Shown here: positions 1 to 18,892 of the stretch, one piece after another
Layout of the letters: every line of letters starts with the position of its first letter
Numbering within the stretch: position 1 is the stretch's first letter
Source: Syncephalis fuscata S228
Lineage: Eukaryota; Fungi; Zoopagomycota
Length of the DNA: 64,000 nt
Assembly: GCA_025786725.1 (NCBI GenBank)
Contig: JAHLTZ010000007.1
Coordinates: 496,001 to 560,000, forward strand
Direction of reading: 5' to 3'
Notes under the pieces: model-generated
Database searches by the model: none
Told to the model about the DNA's origin: nothing
The model's input: the letters and a program-made list of their open reading frames with translations, nothing else
Made by a program: the position numbers and the translations under genes

Positions 1-733
1 TATTCAGCAACACGTCATGATTACCGCAAATTAACATATAACTTACGGCAGGCATATTTGACTCAAATCGCATCCATTTATTATCTCCAGGTGATATAAC
101 TATTAGCAATGATTTATTTTATTGTTATTACTATCCATCAATATACAATTATCTATCTTATACTGTTGCTCTTTACCTGCTTCTGACATAACTGGTAGAC
201 GTATTCGTTGTCCCGTTTGTTTATCAAGTAATAAACCAAATTTTGCTTCAATCTATTATCATGGTTGGGCAATTGATAGTATACAATAGACTGCTGCTTA
301 CCTCGAGGTGAGGCCGTGTAATATAGCGGGCTAGAAACTCGGACACTGCGTGCAGTGTATCGTCGAAGGGACGCGTACCAAATAGTGTAGGCTCCAATAC
401 AGGTGCAAGTGCCGAGTTTGCCCCTTGTTCGCGCGCACGCTTAACTTCAACAGCTTCTGGCTTATGAGTACCGGCTGGAGGAGGGAATGCACTAGCATTC
501 GGTACAGTCGCGTCTGCTTCAGTAGATGACCGTGTCCCTGAGCGCTGATTCTCATCGGCTGTAGCACTAGTGGATGTTGCTAATGACCGTTTTGAGCTAT
601 GACGCGCCGTCGCGTTTAATTCATCGTCCGCTGCATCCCCAACCTCTGAGCGCGACCGTTTATGCGAAGAAGAGTCGTTACTCTTTGTATCTTCCTCATT
701 ACTCGTTGCTGTTGGTAATGTCAAATCTGACAT
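1..733 (-). CDS. CET1: mRNA-capping RNA 5'-triphosphatase (CYTH/TTM fold), 5' part; runs off the window
   Basis: Low-complexity N-terminus, then spliced PTLFGTRPFDD...PHLE|IEAKFGLLLDKQTGQRIRLPV, matching the Cet1 EIEAKFG motif A. Confidence 0.8.
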
Positions 734-847
734 GGTATAAAATTAAAGTGTATTAATTAAATGTTAATTATATCAATTTGGTTTTAATAGTATTATTTAT
801 TGTCATCATCATCGTTATAATCATCGTTCATGTCATTTAGTTATCTT

Positions 848-3670
848 TTATCCTTCTACTTCATAAGCATTTGCCTTATGTTTAGGAATAAAGTGAAAGT
901 CACTCGGTGCAGGACCCAAAAACATTTCACTAATAAAAGATTAATTAAACAATTATAAATATTAACTAGTTGTATTACCTAATCTTGACCCAGTCGCTGG
1001 CCCGCTCACTAGCCAATAACGTTTCCATCTCATTTCTTCCCTTAAATGACGGTGGTCTTTCATTGATACGCTGGGGCAATACTTCAAGTAATCCAACTGG
1101 GATATAACTGGATAGATAACCATTAATAACCAGCCATGACTGTTAGTGATCAACTTACCGATGAAGGAAAGATTGCCATTCACATAGGAAACGGCGTGTT
1201 TGATTTACGCCCTATTCGTTAAACAGATAATATTAATTAATCAACTCAATAAACAACTCATTGATTATTTACCTGAGTATCGGATCCCCAATGTTCTAGG
1301 CCGTAGTTGCAGAAATCTTTCATAATATCAAGACGTTCAGTAGCAGAAATATCCCAATGGCGGCGTGTTTTAATTTCGTCAAATAGCCATGGCTTAATCT
1401 AATTAACAATAGTTAATAAAGTTAATGATCTACTTTGTGTGCATGTGTATCTATTTACCAAAGCACCTCTAAATAGCAATAATAGTGATAATAATAATGA
1501 TAACAATAATACATTAATTAGTTAATTAATAGTATATAAACTTGTAATGACCTACCTTCCAATCATAATACCGTCAACTTTATCTTCTTCTATATGATTG
1601 TAGTATTCTTCATAGGAAAGAACATCGCCATTACCAAAGAATTGCATGCCATTACGCAATCCACTACATTCCTTAATATAGTTCCAATCAGCTCGACGAG
1701 TGTATCGTTGTTGACGAGATCTGCCATGTAACTAAATTGTACATTAGTATAGTTACAATGAACAAATGAATAACCACTTACCGTGCCTAAAGCACATCCC
1801 TATTATATATCATTATTATTATTATTGATTAATAAAGACATTCATTATTATATATTAACCAACTTACCCATGCATCAAATCGTGGTACAAGTTTATGAGC
1901 CAAACTTTTATTGTCCCATACGCCCGTACGGAATTTGATAGTTAGTGGACAGCTTAGCACCTATATGAACATATACATATCAATATATAGATAGTATTTA
2001 GCAGTCAATTAATAAATAATTGATACTTACCTGATCCATACCGCGTACAATACGACCTAGTTTTCCTGCTGATTCCATAAGACCGCTACCTGCTCCCTAA
2101 TATTACATTTATAACGATCATCACTTAGTAAAAGCTGTTTAACCTATTGTAGCATGCCTCTACTTACTTGTTTATAGACCATTTCCATAGGACAACCCAA
2201 ATTGATATCAACGAAATCCACATCCAATTCACTCTCAATAACCTCAGCCAATCGAATAAGAGGATCTGGCCGGTTACCACACACTTGTACACCGAATATA
2301 TCTTCACTGGCGTGTCGCTTTGTCAAAGCCCATTCTGTACGTTGACCCTACATAACCATATACCATTAATAGATATTGTTATGTTAAATACCCCTCTCAC
2401 TTACTTGAAGTAAATTGGTGGCCATCGCCATTTCACCACATGTAATATCCACGCCAAATCGTTTGCAAATACGACGGAATGGTAGATTGCCCACTGTAGT
2501 CAATGGAGCCAAATAAGTCTTGCCACTAAAGTCAAGTGTACGTTTTTCAACCAAACGCAATGGTACATCAGGTCCCATATCACCAACAGTTACTGAGTCA
2601 TCAGCATCATTTACTGGCACACTAGTATCTACTGGTACAGACTCTAATGCTGATGATGCTGTCTCGTCTCTTGTTTGATAAGTAGATTCAGTAGCAATCT
2701 TGTCAATGGTAGTTGGAGCGGTATTCTTGGCTATTTCTTTCATTTGTTCTTCCAAAATCCTTTTTGAATTGGGTAATGGATACTAAACTGATATAAGTAA
2801 TTAATAAATGATGATATATTAAACTCACCTTGCTTGTACGTAATTGTTTCATTGTATCAAATCCAATACCATTTTTTATGGGTGGTTCTGGATTAGCCAT
2901 TTTCTAATACAATAGACATGATTAATAAATACAAAATTTTCTAGAATATTGCATACTTCTTCATTAACAATTTGTTCACCGTCTTCTTTGCTATGAGCAC
3001 CGGCAAAACGGCACCGAATACCAAACCGACACCTTATTCATATGATTAATAACAACTCTTTCCGCCAATATGTTATCTTACTTTCCAAATAGATCAAAAT
3101 TAACACAACGATCTCCAATATCGGCGCCTTTCTTTGCCATATATTCTTTAATATCGTGACTGAACTTGCAACTATTAAATGATAACAGTATTAAATCTAA
3201 TACTGCCACTCTATAATATATTCACTTACTGGTCACCCATAGTACATTGCGAATTATTGCCAATAAATTTGCACAGCTATTTAAATAGAATGAGTACTCT
3301 ATAATAATACTCTATATATTCATAATCGCGCTACCTGAAATGAATCACTACTATGAGCTTTGGTTCGTGATTTCATCTGTCCACGTTCACGTTTGCGCTT
3401 CTTGCCTCCACCTTGAGACTCATTCCTTCCACGACTATCTTCTTCTGCTCCCTCTACTGTTGATTCGGGCACATTCTCTGCCGATGGTTTTGATACCTTA
3501 TTATTATCGGTAACAGCTACTTCACTGACTGGGTCATACAAAAGATACCTAAATAATAGGGCTTAACACTTTGATATCCCGTATTCGTCTACTTACTCCT
3601 TCTTAATAGGCGCTACGCCAGTACGACGCTCCGATTGGCGTGTATTCTCCACTATAGCCTCTGAAGTCAT
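848..3670 (-). CDS. DUS3: tRNA-dihydrouridine(47) synthase, many exons
   Basis: CCCH-type N-terminal region; motifs [44 protein letters not shown]; C-terminus [14 protein letters not shown]. Includes 10-nt (1459-1468) and 18-nt micro-exons. Confidence 0.93.
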
Positions 3671-4108
3671 AATAGTTGTTTTAAAGAAAAAATAAAAGAG
3701 ATATCAAAGGATTGATTTGAACCAATCCATATCCGCTAAGTGTCTGGATCCAAGTCAGAACAGGGGGTGTAAATCATTGGTACTATAGTCAATAGACACA
3801 CGAACAATGTACAAATAATACGCCACAGTATAATTGATTATGTACTTTTATAGAAAGTGATATACCACAGTGAATATTTCAGTTCTCATATTATATACAC
3901 ACACCCATCCACCCATTCACCCATAAACATGCTTATCTATAAATAAAAAACATAATAGTTTTTATAGTGGTCATCGTTGTCGTGCTTATTGTGATATCTC
4001 TTGCTGTTTCCTTATTGTTACTATCTTGTTTTATTTGCCTACAGACACAAACTACCGTGACAACATCCCACGACAGCCTATAGTTACCGTTTGTATAGTC
4101 GCGCCACA

Positions 4109-8661
<4,553 letters not shown>

Positions 8662-8969
8662 TTAAATGACGTTGTTTTGTTAATAGAACATTAAAAACGA
8701 TAAATCGATGCAGTTTATTATTGTCGATATACTCTTTTTCTTTAAATAAATGCAATAAAATAGTTTATAATCTGTTTATATTTAAATGTCAAGTAAATAG
8801 TTCAAGTTAATATACGAGTCTTTTAACTAAAACATTTATATTTAACATAAATATATTACATGCTTGATTGACCAATATTTTTATTTATTTCATATTTATA
8901 CTGAACACTTAAAGTACTGATTTATGCTATACCTTTTTTATATCTATGATAAAACAGCTGCTTATTCAT

Positions 8970-10853
8970 CTATAATGGCGTGGCAGCCATCCAATAACAA
9001 GCGGTTCTTGAAGTAATACCACACAATTCAATATCATCATTATGCAGTTCAATGGGAATTTTATCTAAACGGAAATAAAAGGTGACAACAGCTAGAAATA
9101 GCTTTAGTTGAGCCATCGCTTGTCGCTGACCAAAGCACTGTCGATCGCCACCACCTGTAATTGTATATTATTAATATATTGAATTGCTAAATGGCAACCA
9201 GTATTTAAACTTACCAAATTGATAGGAGGCGTGCATGTAAGATTGGCGCGTTTCAGGTGTAATATTAAGCCAACGCTCTGGTCGGAATTCATTGGCATCA
9301 GGTCCCCAAATACGTGGATCGCGTTGTATGACGGCAATTGGGAAAAAGATATTTGCCTTGGCAGGGATTACAAAATCACCCGTATCAATGGGACGGGCTG
9401 AAGTGCGAGTGAAAGCTGGCGCTACACACGCCAAACGCATGCATTCCCGGTAGACGGCTTCGAGATAGGGTGCGGCTGTTGGTTGCATTTGATCAAATGT
9501 AATATATGGATCGCTGCCACCAGTCAGTCCAATAATTTCTGAGCGCAATCGCTGCTGAACTTGATGTTCGCCAGCCAAGAAATAAAGCATCCACTAATAA
9601 TATAGCCTGTTTAATGGCAATAATAAATAAACTAATACTACTTACACCTTGCGATGATGTGCTTGTCTCTACACCGGCCAACATAAATAGAAGAATCTCA
9701 TCGCATATTTCTTTATGGGTAAATGATTCGTCACTATCAAGCAATAATGCGGCAAGATTAGCCCGTTTAAATGCCTCCGATGTTGACAGTTCGTCATGAT
9801 CTATATTGATATTAAGTGCTAATTGACATTGAATATGCTCTTGGTGCAGCAAATCAACCTCCTTGGCAATAATGTCCAATGATTGACCGACCTGTCTTGA
9901 ATGACCAAATAGTCGAGTACGTAACGTTAACGAGATGGCTTCTTTGCCATTAGCATCACCTAGTACTCGAATAGCTTGTACAAGTTGTTGAATTCGTTTG
10001 ACTTGTTGTATATCCATTTGATGATCATCATCATTTAACAAAGCTTTATCATTATTATTATTATTGTCATCATCATCTAATAGTACTACATTGCGTCCAA
10101 ATAAAAAGCGTGTTGATAATTCAAAACCAAGACAGTCCAGATCATGTCGAAAGTCATAAGGAGAGCCATTTAGACGAGACGACCATCGTTTGACGAGTCG
10201 TTTCATGCTTTCTGCCATAAACGGGAATCCATCGCGTATACGACTATTGGCCATGACTGGTCGTAATGCGCGAATATGTCGTTTGTGTTCGTTGCCTATA
10301 ATAGAATACTATATTTAATTTAAATAAACTTATTGTTTCAATTATAATTACCGGTTAGTGCAACAAGCCCGTTGGGCATAAGCGAGGAAAATATAGAAAT
10401 GGTCCAAGAATTTTGTGTTAAGGCGCTGCGCTATTATTTACACTATGTCAGCTATTGCTAGTCTGTTTGTTACTCCATACACATACGTCTTTTATCAAAA
10501 GCTGTCGAATCAGTCTAATATCAGAAATAATAAAAACGCGCTGAAATCCAATAAAAATTTCATAAATATCGCCATATCTATCGTTTAACGCTTGAAATGC
10601 TCGATGAAGTGAGCCATACGAAAGTATGGTGTTACGGATATTGCCAAATATCAACTCAGGCTGCGGTCCTGGAAATCCTATAAACGAATGTTAGATAGGT
10701 TAGAATAAATAACACAAAAGGCAATTTACCCGATAGCTTGGTAAACCACCACTGCCGGATACAAGCACAGACTAGCCACAAGATGACACCAAACACTATA
10801 ATGTATTCCAGACTTAGTAAAAGTCTGTTTACGAACACTAAATTTAAAAACAT
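8970..10853 (-). CDS. Cytochrome P450
   Basis: N-terminal TM and Pro hinge; I-helix AGVETST; ExxR (ECMR); FRPERW; spliced heme motif FGGGDRQCFG. Confidence 0.9.
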
Positions 10854-12116
10854 TACAAAAACTGTATGTGTAAAATTGAAGCCAAGAAAAACGATAGTAG
10901 GGCATGTATACAATTAAATAATACAGTGTGTTTAAATAAGCAGTGCCAAGTTGAAATGAATAGCCAGCATGTGAAAAAGTGGCATCAGTTAATTGAGGAT
11001 TTACTTTCAAGTTATGTTTCAACACTGCATGCATTAAATTGCGTTTATTCGATCGTTTACTTCAAATTTATTCTCAAAGGCCAAGGATTTTACGATTTTA
11101 AAAGTCTTAGCATGTGAATTGTGAATGCTCCAAAGAAAAGAATAAGTTTATAGCAATTACTATTACTGTATTGGCAAATAATACAATTTGTAAAAGCTTT
11201 ATTATTTTCAATAACTCACAATGAATTTAAGAATAAATATATTGTTTACCAAACAGTTTAACATTTCTCAGTTGCACATATTAATTTTCTAAAATATTAG
11301 GATGGTAAAGTTGTTTAGACGCTATGCTTGCATGGTAGAAATTGATATGGATCGCCGACATTAGGAATAAAATGCTGCCAATTGTATTTCATTGTATGAT
11401 TTTACTATAACAAATTAGTTTTGTTTAAATTAATAATGTATAAATTGGTAGTAATACTACAGTAGCAAGTTTTATATTAGCAAATGCGATTAATAGTGTT
11501 TGCTTATTAATGTTTAGATTATTTACAAATCAAGTGTATTATAATTAAAGATAATAAATCAATTAGTAGCCGTTGAAGCAATTCATTGTGGGAATATAGT
11601 GGAATGCTTCATGCATAAGTTATTTCCCAGACCTTTTCTTGTTATTAATTATGCTTGTTACAACTTGGAATGGGGAAACAAGTTGTTGTGGCAGACAAGT
11701 AAAACCTATCAAGGGAAAATAAAGACAATGGCGTTCAGTATTGTGGCGAGCATCAGCGATACAACCAATTTATTAGTAGATATAGCCATAGAATATATTA
11801 TCAGTAAAATAATAAGTATAATAAAACAGATAACAAGTGGTAAAAACAGGTAGCTTTAGAACATATTACTAATAGAACAATGGCAGCATTAAGAAAAAGA
11901 GTATTTTGAATGTGTCATTATTTAAAAATTATTATCGCGTAACGCTTCCAGGCTAGTCCACATAAAAATGTGAAACATTAACGCATCTAAGAAGGTAAAA
12001 TGATGACCAAATAATTTATACAAATAAAATACATATGTTCTAATAAGCTTGAATTCATTACATTTGCGCACGCTTTATTTGATTTTTTATTATTGATTAT
12101 AACTATAGTTGCTGTA

Positions 12117-13307
12117 ATGCCAAATCACTCAAGAAGTCGCTCTCCTGACCGTTCGGCTCATCGGAGACAGCACTGTCGTGACCGTAGCCGAAGTCCGCAT
12201 ACGACGGAACGACGACGTCAAAGTCATCGCAGCCGTAGTCGTAGTGCTGAGCGATCCCGACATCGTGAAAGCTATAGTCGGCGTGCTCGTAGTCCAGATA
12301 TTGAGCGTTCTCGCGCACAATCTCGTAGCCAGTATCATTCCTCAAATACTATCTCTGGTAAGTAATGCCTAAACAATAGCACTATTAGCTATCGCGTTTT
12401 GATTTATACGAACATTGCTAACATTCCTATCGAATAATTGGCTGCGTTTATGCTTGCCGCCAATACCTGTTGATATACTGCACTGCGGTGCGGTCTTTAT
12501 GAACACGCCGATCAATGTGCTGCTACATGCCCATTGTCTTTTGAACGTTGGCGTTGATATTGCTTAAATATGTTTTTATTATTATACTGGATGCTACTCT
12601 GTAAGATAAAGATAAAGATAAAGATAGTTACAAGCAACAGCAGCGCCACTCTTCGCGCGAACGCAGTGACGATAAACAAAGTAGTAGACGCAAAGAACGT
12701 TTACATAAATATTCTGATGACAAGCAGTCAAAATCGCATCGTTGTTCTAGTAGCCGAAAGAACAGCAAGTACTCCAGCGATGACGAGTTAGACTATACAA
12801 GCGATTCATCGTCTGTTACTTCAGCCAGCTCCAAAGGTAAATGCTATTTTTGTGAATATCATAATAATTTATCAATTAAATGGAGCAGAGTCACGTAAAA
12901 AAACAAAAGATAGTAAGCGCCACCATCGTCGTCATCACGAGAAAAAACGTAGCAAATCACATAAACGTTCGGTAAGTATTATTTTCTATTTCAAGCTTAA
13001 TTATAAATATTTCTTAGAAAAAATCCAAGAAATCCAAGCACATTAGCTCTGTAAGTTACTCGATAAAACAAACAAAAATCTATTAATTACAAATGAATGT
13101 GCTACAGAGCTCAAGTGAGTCCGATTCAGATGCACCACGTAGTGCTATTACCGGCAAAAGAGTAGGTGGAATCAAAGTTTACCTTTCTAGCAACACCAAC
13201 CATTATCATTTTAGATAAAACTCAAAGTACGCAAGACGACAGACGATAAGAACCGTGATCAAAACCGCGACGAATTATTGCAATTTTTGAACTCAACATA
13301 CAGCTAA
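12117..13307 (+). CDS. Arg/Ser-rich protein, probably nuclear or splicing-associated
   Basis: Exon 1 is RS-rich (MPNHSRSRSPDR...). Spliced frame continues DKDKDKDSYK... and ends SAITGKR|IKLKVRKTTDDKNRDQNRDELLQFLNSTYS*. Confidence 0.75.
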
Positions 13308-13816
13308 ATATAAAAGCAATTATCTTATAGCAATATAGCAAACAATAATATCTAATGATTTAAAGTAATCTAGAAAATCAGACTAGTAAAATGCATTTGA
13401 CATTCAGATAATATTCTTTATTCAAGATTGATGCAATAAACTATTATAAAGACCAAAAGTTATCTAAACCATCAATGTAGTGTAATTTCATGTCCAATAC
13501 ATTTTCATGTTACTCATTAAAGCTGAATTAAACAATAACTTTAGTATCATGGCTTATCACTTGTTTATTATGTTGTTAAACAGTTAATTTAATTCTAAAT
13601 ATATTCTGCTAATGTGTAGATTTGTACGCATAATAAAATCAATAAGCTACACTGCCTTTAACGGCTGAATATGTTTTAAGTGCTTTATCTGTATTGTTAT
13701 TGAATTATTAGTAAATTAGAAATTTTCTACATTATTTATAAATTATTGTTGCCATCATTATTACACTGGTGATCTGGGATTACAGTTTTATGATCCGGCA
13801 GTATGCTACATTGTTG

Positions 13817-14718
13817 TCATACGTTTTGTGTGCCATTGCGATGGTATACCAAAGTTGTTGAAGTAAGCAGTCTAATATTCGAATATTGTAAATGCATCGA
13901 TTTCGTATTGACAATTACTTACCAGTCTATTGTGAAAAACATATCTGAATAGCTGCCACCTGCTTCTTATAATAAACATATTACACATGCAATATTGATT
14001 AGCATTACCAAGCACATTATTTGGACACCTTCTCGTGTCAGTTGTTTCCATGTTTTAAATCCCAATGACTTGTATTGCTTATAAGCCACAGAGCTGAATA
14101 TGGCTGAAAATAATATATTGATAGGTATAATGACACTGAGCTAATATGTAGGTATATAAACGGAATAGTGGGCAACACAGAACCCACTTATTTCTGTACT
14201 CACGTAAGATGTTATGAATATAGGCATAAAAGTTAGCTGTGGCAGCATAAACAAAGAGCCGATGACCAGAACCCATCTTTTCTTCAAAAGAATTAAATAT
14301 GCTTTTTATAATATGATTGCGCCGTTGCAAATGCTTGAAAATGAGGCTGTGCTGAGAGCATATCACATGCAATTCGACAATTTGAATGATTAAAAATATA
14401 TAGGATTAAATCTATCAGTATTCCTACACCAAAAAAGGACGGTATTAAGCAACACCATTTGGAAAGAAATTATAACCGATTTATAACCATTTTAAGCGCT
14501 ATTACAAGATTTTGCGCAAATATAGCGGCTATAATTATATATAAAAAATGATTGTACATATATAGTTAACAGTTGAGCTTGGATTTCATGTAAATAATCT
14601 GGTTTTGCCATTATAAATTCATACACGTCAGTTCGCCGCTTGGATGGAGCCGAATATCCCAGAATTGTTTAGCATTTTCTTTCCAATTAGCATATTGATA
14701 TCCGATGGTTTTATTCAT
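13817..14718 (-). pseudogene. Pseudogenised tandem paralog of the adjacent 7TM gene
   Basis: Translates NWKENAKQFWDIRLHPSGELT...IIL*KAYLILLKKRWVL...TY*LSVIIPINILFSAIFSSVAYKQYK...LL*EAGGSYSDMFF, collinear with the 15319-16290 protein. Shares its final intron position. At least three in-frame stops plus frameshifts. Confidence 0.85.
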
Positions 14719-15318
14719 ATTTGCGTTTTACTAAACACTATAATAACTTTAAAAATGCCAATGAGATAATTAATGTAGAAAAAACCGATAGAACTTGGCT
14801 TAATATCACTTGAGACGACAGTGTTAAAGTATTGTGTCAACTTTGTGGGCAGCTAGGGGCGACTAATTAGGTATAGCTTGGTAAATTGGTTTTGTGGCCC
14901 TACAAGTATTTACAATAGCTTACAATAATCTAGACTCTTATCTTTATAGATATATACTATGCTTAATAACAATGTAAACTATTTAAAGTAGATTCAATGA
15001 AACTGATTACTTAGCTGATATTTATAAATGCTATAATGCAACAAACAATCAATTCTGTAATCAAGATTTTTTGCATAATATTACTAATAATAAAATTAGA
15101 CAATCGATTTATTGCCATTTTTATTACTTATTTTTGACATACATGTATACTGCATTGGCCAACGCAGGTATTCATAGACATTGCGAATAGAAGTGACTGA
15201 CCATTCATTTAATTATTGGTCGTTTTTCAAACGTTATTTATTGTATTACTATGGGAATACTGTCAATTTACGAAAAATCATAGTTATACATGTTATTTTA
15301 AAAAATTGTTGATCCTCG

Positions 15319-16290
15319 CTACATGATATTAATGGCCAAAAGACTGGATTTTTCATTCTCATTTGCGCAATGTGGTGTTACTGTACGTTTTTTTACATTC
15401 TCGCAGTGATATATCAAAATTGTTGAAGTAGACAACCTAGTATTTAATATTATAAATATTGCTATTGTTATATGTGTGATTACCCACCATTCTGCCATAA
15501 AGAACATATCGGAATAATAGCCGCCTACTTTGAATAATATGCATGTTACGCATATAACGTTGATAATTACTACCAGACCCATTGTTTGAATGCCTTCGCG
15601 TGCCAGTCGTTTTAGTGCTTCAGATCCAAACAATTTGTATTGTTTATAAGCCACGTAGCTAAATATTACCGAAAACAGCACATTGACAGGTATAATGAGG
15701 CTGAACCAGTACAACGGCACGAACTGAGAGTAATGGACGGCGCATGCGCCTTTTTCTTCTATTGTCACATAGGATGTTGCTATAAATATGGGTATAAATG
15801 CCAATTGGAATACCATGAACAGAATACCAACAATCAAAACCCATAGCTTGTTTAGCAAAATGATATAGGCTTTTTGCACTATAATTATACTGTTACTTGC
15901 ACCTGAAGCCGATGCAGCAAGTATAAAGTACCAGATTGAAGGCCTACAGCCTATCTTATTAAAGATATACAATAATAGGCAAATGGCCAGTCCTACTCCA
16001 AAAAGAGACGGAATTAGACATGACCACCCAGCAATAATATAGGGCCGCCGTATAGTCATTCTGACTGATGCTATAAGATTTCGTAGAAATATAATGGATG
16101 TAATCGTACTACCGATGATCTGCAGATGACTGCCTGATAGTCGGAGCCGAGCAAGATTCATGTCGCCAGGTATTTCCGTCACAAATTCATACATGGTCAT
16201 TTCGCCACTGGGATGAAGCGGAATCCCCCACAGATACGCGGCATTATCTTTCCAGCTATCATTGTGGTTTCCGGTTTGGTTAAAACTCAT
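15319..16290 (-). CDS. Orphan multi-pass (about 7 TM) GPCR-like membrane protein
   Basis: About seven hydrophobic helices, with Cys at the start of TM3 and in the second extracellular loop. Probable 51-nt in-frame intron near the 3' end (GTGGGT...CTAG). Confidence 0.75.
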   Translation of the reverse strand: MSFNQTGNHNDSWKDNAAYLWGIPLHPSGEMTMYEFVTEIPGDMNLARLRLSGSHLQIIGSTITSIIFLRNLIASVRMTIRRPYIIAGWSCLIPSLFGVGLAICLLLYIFNKIGCRPSIWYFILAASASGASNSIIIVQKAYIILLNKLWVLIVGILFMVFQLAFIPIFIATSYVTIEEKGACAVHYSQFVPLYWFSLIIPVNVLFSVIFSYVAYKQYKLFGSEALKRLAREGIQTMGLVVIINVICVTCILFKVGGYYSDMFFMAEWWVITHITIAIFIILNTRLSTSTILIYHCENVKKRTVTPHCANENEKSSLLAINIM

Positions 16291-18272
16291 TTTAAAAAAT
16301 TCAGGCACAAAAGGTTGCCATATGACTGCAAAGATGAGTTTTATGAGTTAATAAATAATAGCGTATTGAGAAGACAGACACAAAGAAATAGTTAAATATG
16401 CAGACAATTAAAAGCTAAGGACAAAAGAATAGTAGCAGTTACATTTGTTTCAAATGTTTCTATATTATCTTTTGTTCGTATTTATTTAACTGCAACTCGT
16501 TTTCCCGCTTGCGTGCTGATATACTTAGCCGATAAAAGCGTGCGGTTGGTCCAAATGCTTGCCTAAACTACATTAGCCCTCGGTGCATTCTTCAGCGTTA
16601 CGTGGCCGATTGTTACACTTAGGGCGGTTTAAAACGAAACTAGCACGAAGAACAATAGCCTTGGCTTGTGACATCCATGCTTTACAAATGAATAGCTCAA
16701 TGCTGAACCAATCGATATACTGTAATCTGTCGAATTGGCATGCAGCTATGGAGCAGCTACACAAAGCTAGTATTGAAAATACGCATAGAAAAACCACGAT
16801 ACTTACATGTGGAACCAATTAATTGTTCGTGGGTTCATGCTAGAGTGGTAGAATCAATTTCAATGCAAGACAAACAAAGAGTTTGTGCCTATTGCATGAG
16901 CCATTCACGAATAGCAGTCACAGACAGTTCTTTGTATTGTCATTGAGGCCACCTTTGACACACTAAACATGCAGCCGTGCATTTTTGTCATTTTTTTCTT
17001 TCTATTAAACAATATCATCGACGATATTTTAGTATTAAACATTGTTGCTATTTTTATACATCAAGCCAGCTAGATCTATTCAATTGTAATTAATTGCCAA
17101 GCCTTGTTGAATAACAATCAAAACATTATACAATTATATCATTGCAATATCCTAAATAGGCAGTATTGTGCATAATTTTCCTATTCTTTTTTGTAGTGGT
17201 AGAGTACTAAGCCATGAAGTGTTACTATTGGTGGAATCTATAAGCCTTGTAAACACGTTATATATCCATATGGGTTTGATGTCGACAGCTAGGGACGGGG
17301 ATTGGAAATCATCCTGTTTATGTGTACGCTAGTTTGAATAAAGAAGTACATGTACAATTCAATCCAGTGATCTTTAGAAATACAAAGTCTATTTGGTTTA
17401 TTTTATATAGTTTATTAACATAATTGTATTTAATTTAATACATTATATTTAATGTATTCAAATAGATTCAAAAAAACAAAAAACGGACACTACAACATCT
17501 TACCGTTGTACAATAATCAATCGCATGGATAGCGAATTGCAAACAAAGCTTCAGTTCAAAAATACCATTGCACTGCATGTGTCATCTATGGGCCAATCCA
17601 ATAGGTTATAAACAAGTTAAAGGTATTGGTAGCAAACGTAGTGTTATTGCTGAAACCATGCGGCCTGGGATCTAGATTCCATGCATCTAACAAGAATATT
17701 CCTTACAATTGAGAATTAGTCAGGTTGTTCTAATGAACATTGTGCCAGTTTAGATAAACAAAAAAATCAAGATTTCAATCATTAACATTATTATTAAATT
17801 ATTTATAACTAGTATGCTTTATTGTCGTTGATGTAGTTGAAAATCAAGTAATATTACGGTGGATTTTATTGATTCAGCATGGACCCTTATTAAAGGCGCA
17901 GTAGCCGTTTATAGCATAACATTCAAGTCAAACGTAATTGATTGTATATAGTATTAGATAAAAGACAGGTAGAATAACCCATGCTGATTGGTGTATTAGC
18001 ATTCTACAAGTGCTATTATTTATACTAGTGGAAAACGATAAGTCTGGCAATTTATTGTGCAAATCGACGTGCTATTATCGTTGCACATTATGAATAACAT
18101 GTATAGTGTCTAATTCTTCTTTAATAGAATATATCGTAATATGATTGGCGCATCACAATTCTGATGCACTTTTTACTAGTTTCTTTCGTATATTGATCTG
18201 CACACGCGTTCTGGTTTATTTTCCTACTCTACTGTCATCTTGTAAGCAGATTCCGTTGTAAGTGTCGTCAGC

Positions 18273-18653
18273 ATGGATATCATTAAACTATTGCCGCTAC
18301 CGCCTGGACTGGAGCAGCTGCTCAATAGCACACTTAGCCAACTGCCCACGCTGACCGACACACTTACCGTGATCTTTGACCGGGTACCAATTGCTGACAA
18401 TCAGTGGCTTTTTTACATAACTTTATTTTTTGCCGTTTATCTTGTAATTACAGTTGCACTAAGTACAGTGCGCTGGGTATTGAGTTTATTCACCTTTGCC
18501 ATCAAGGTTTGTATAGTTGTTGGAATATTCGTCGCTCTGTTCTGGCTTACGCAGGAAGACAATCAATTTGACCGCTTTGTATTTCAAAACACGCCATTAT
18601 CGGCCATCAAAAACAAATACGGTGCGCCATTATCGACTGCACCTCCGTCGTAA
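18273..18653 (+). CDS. Small two-TM membrane protein (possibly Apq12-like, uncertain)
   Basis: Clean 126-aa ATG ORF, GC-richer than its flanks, with two hydrophobic helices. Confidence 0.65.
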   Translation: MDIIKLLPLPPGLEQLLNSTLSQLPTLTDTLTVIFDRVPIADNQWLFYITLFFAVYLVITVALSTVRWVLSLFTFAIKVCIVVGIFVALFWLTQEDNQFDRFVFQNTPLSAIKNKYGAPLSTAPPS

Positions 18654-18892
18654 TCCAACAAACATACACGCATATATATATAATAAATAATAAACTATAT
18701 GTGCATAGTCGTTATATCCATTAAAAGTATACACATAATTACATACACACACAAATACACATATACACAGTACTCGCGTTTAATTATTATCGCTTAGAAT
18801 AAAGTGCGAAAATGACACGGAATATCCTCCTCACTGTCTTTATTTACGCAAAAAGGCAGGCCAGCCAGTTTACAGCATGGACGTTATTGTCT

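Noticed and set aside
8970-10853. P450 as part of a biosynthetic gene cluster
   Set aside because: Its neighbours are INO80 and an SR-rich gene; there is no synthase or tailoring gene nearby, and the MFS pump is 37 kb away.
16570-17800. Short ORFs or a possible decayed gene between the 7TM gene and 18273
   Set aside because: No coherent frame, splice pattern or recognisable homology.
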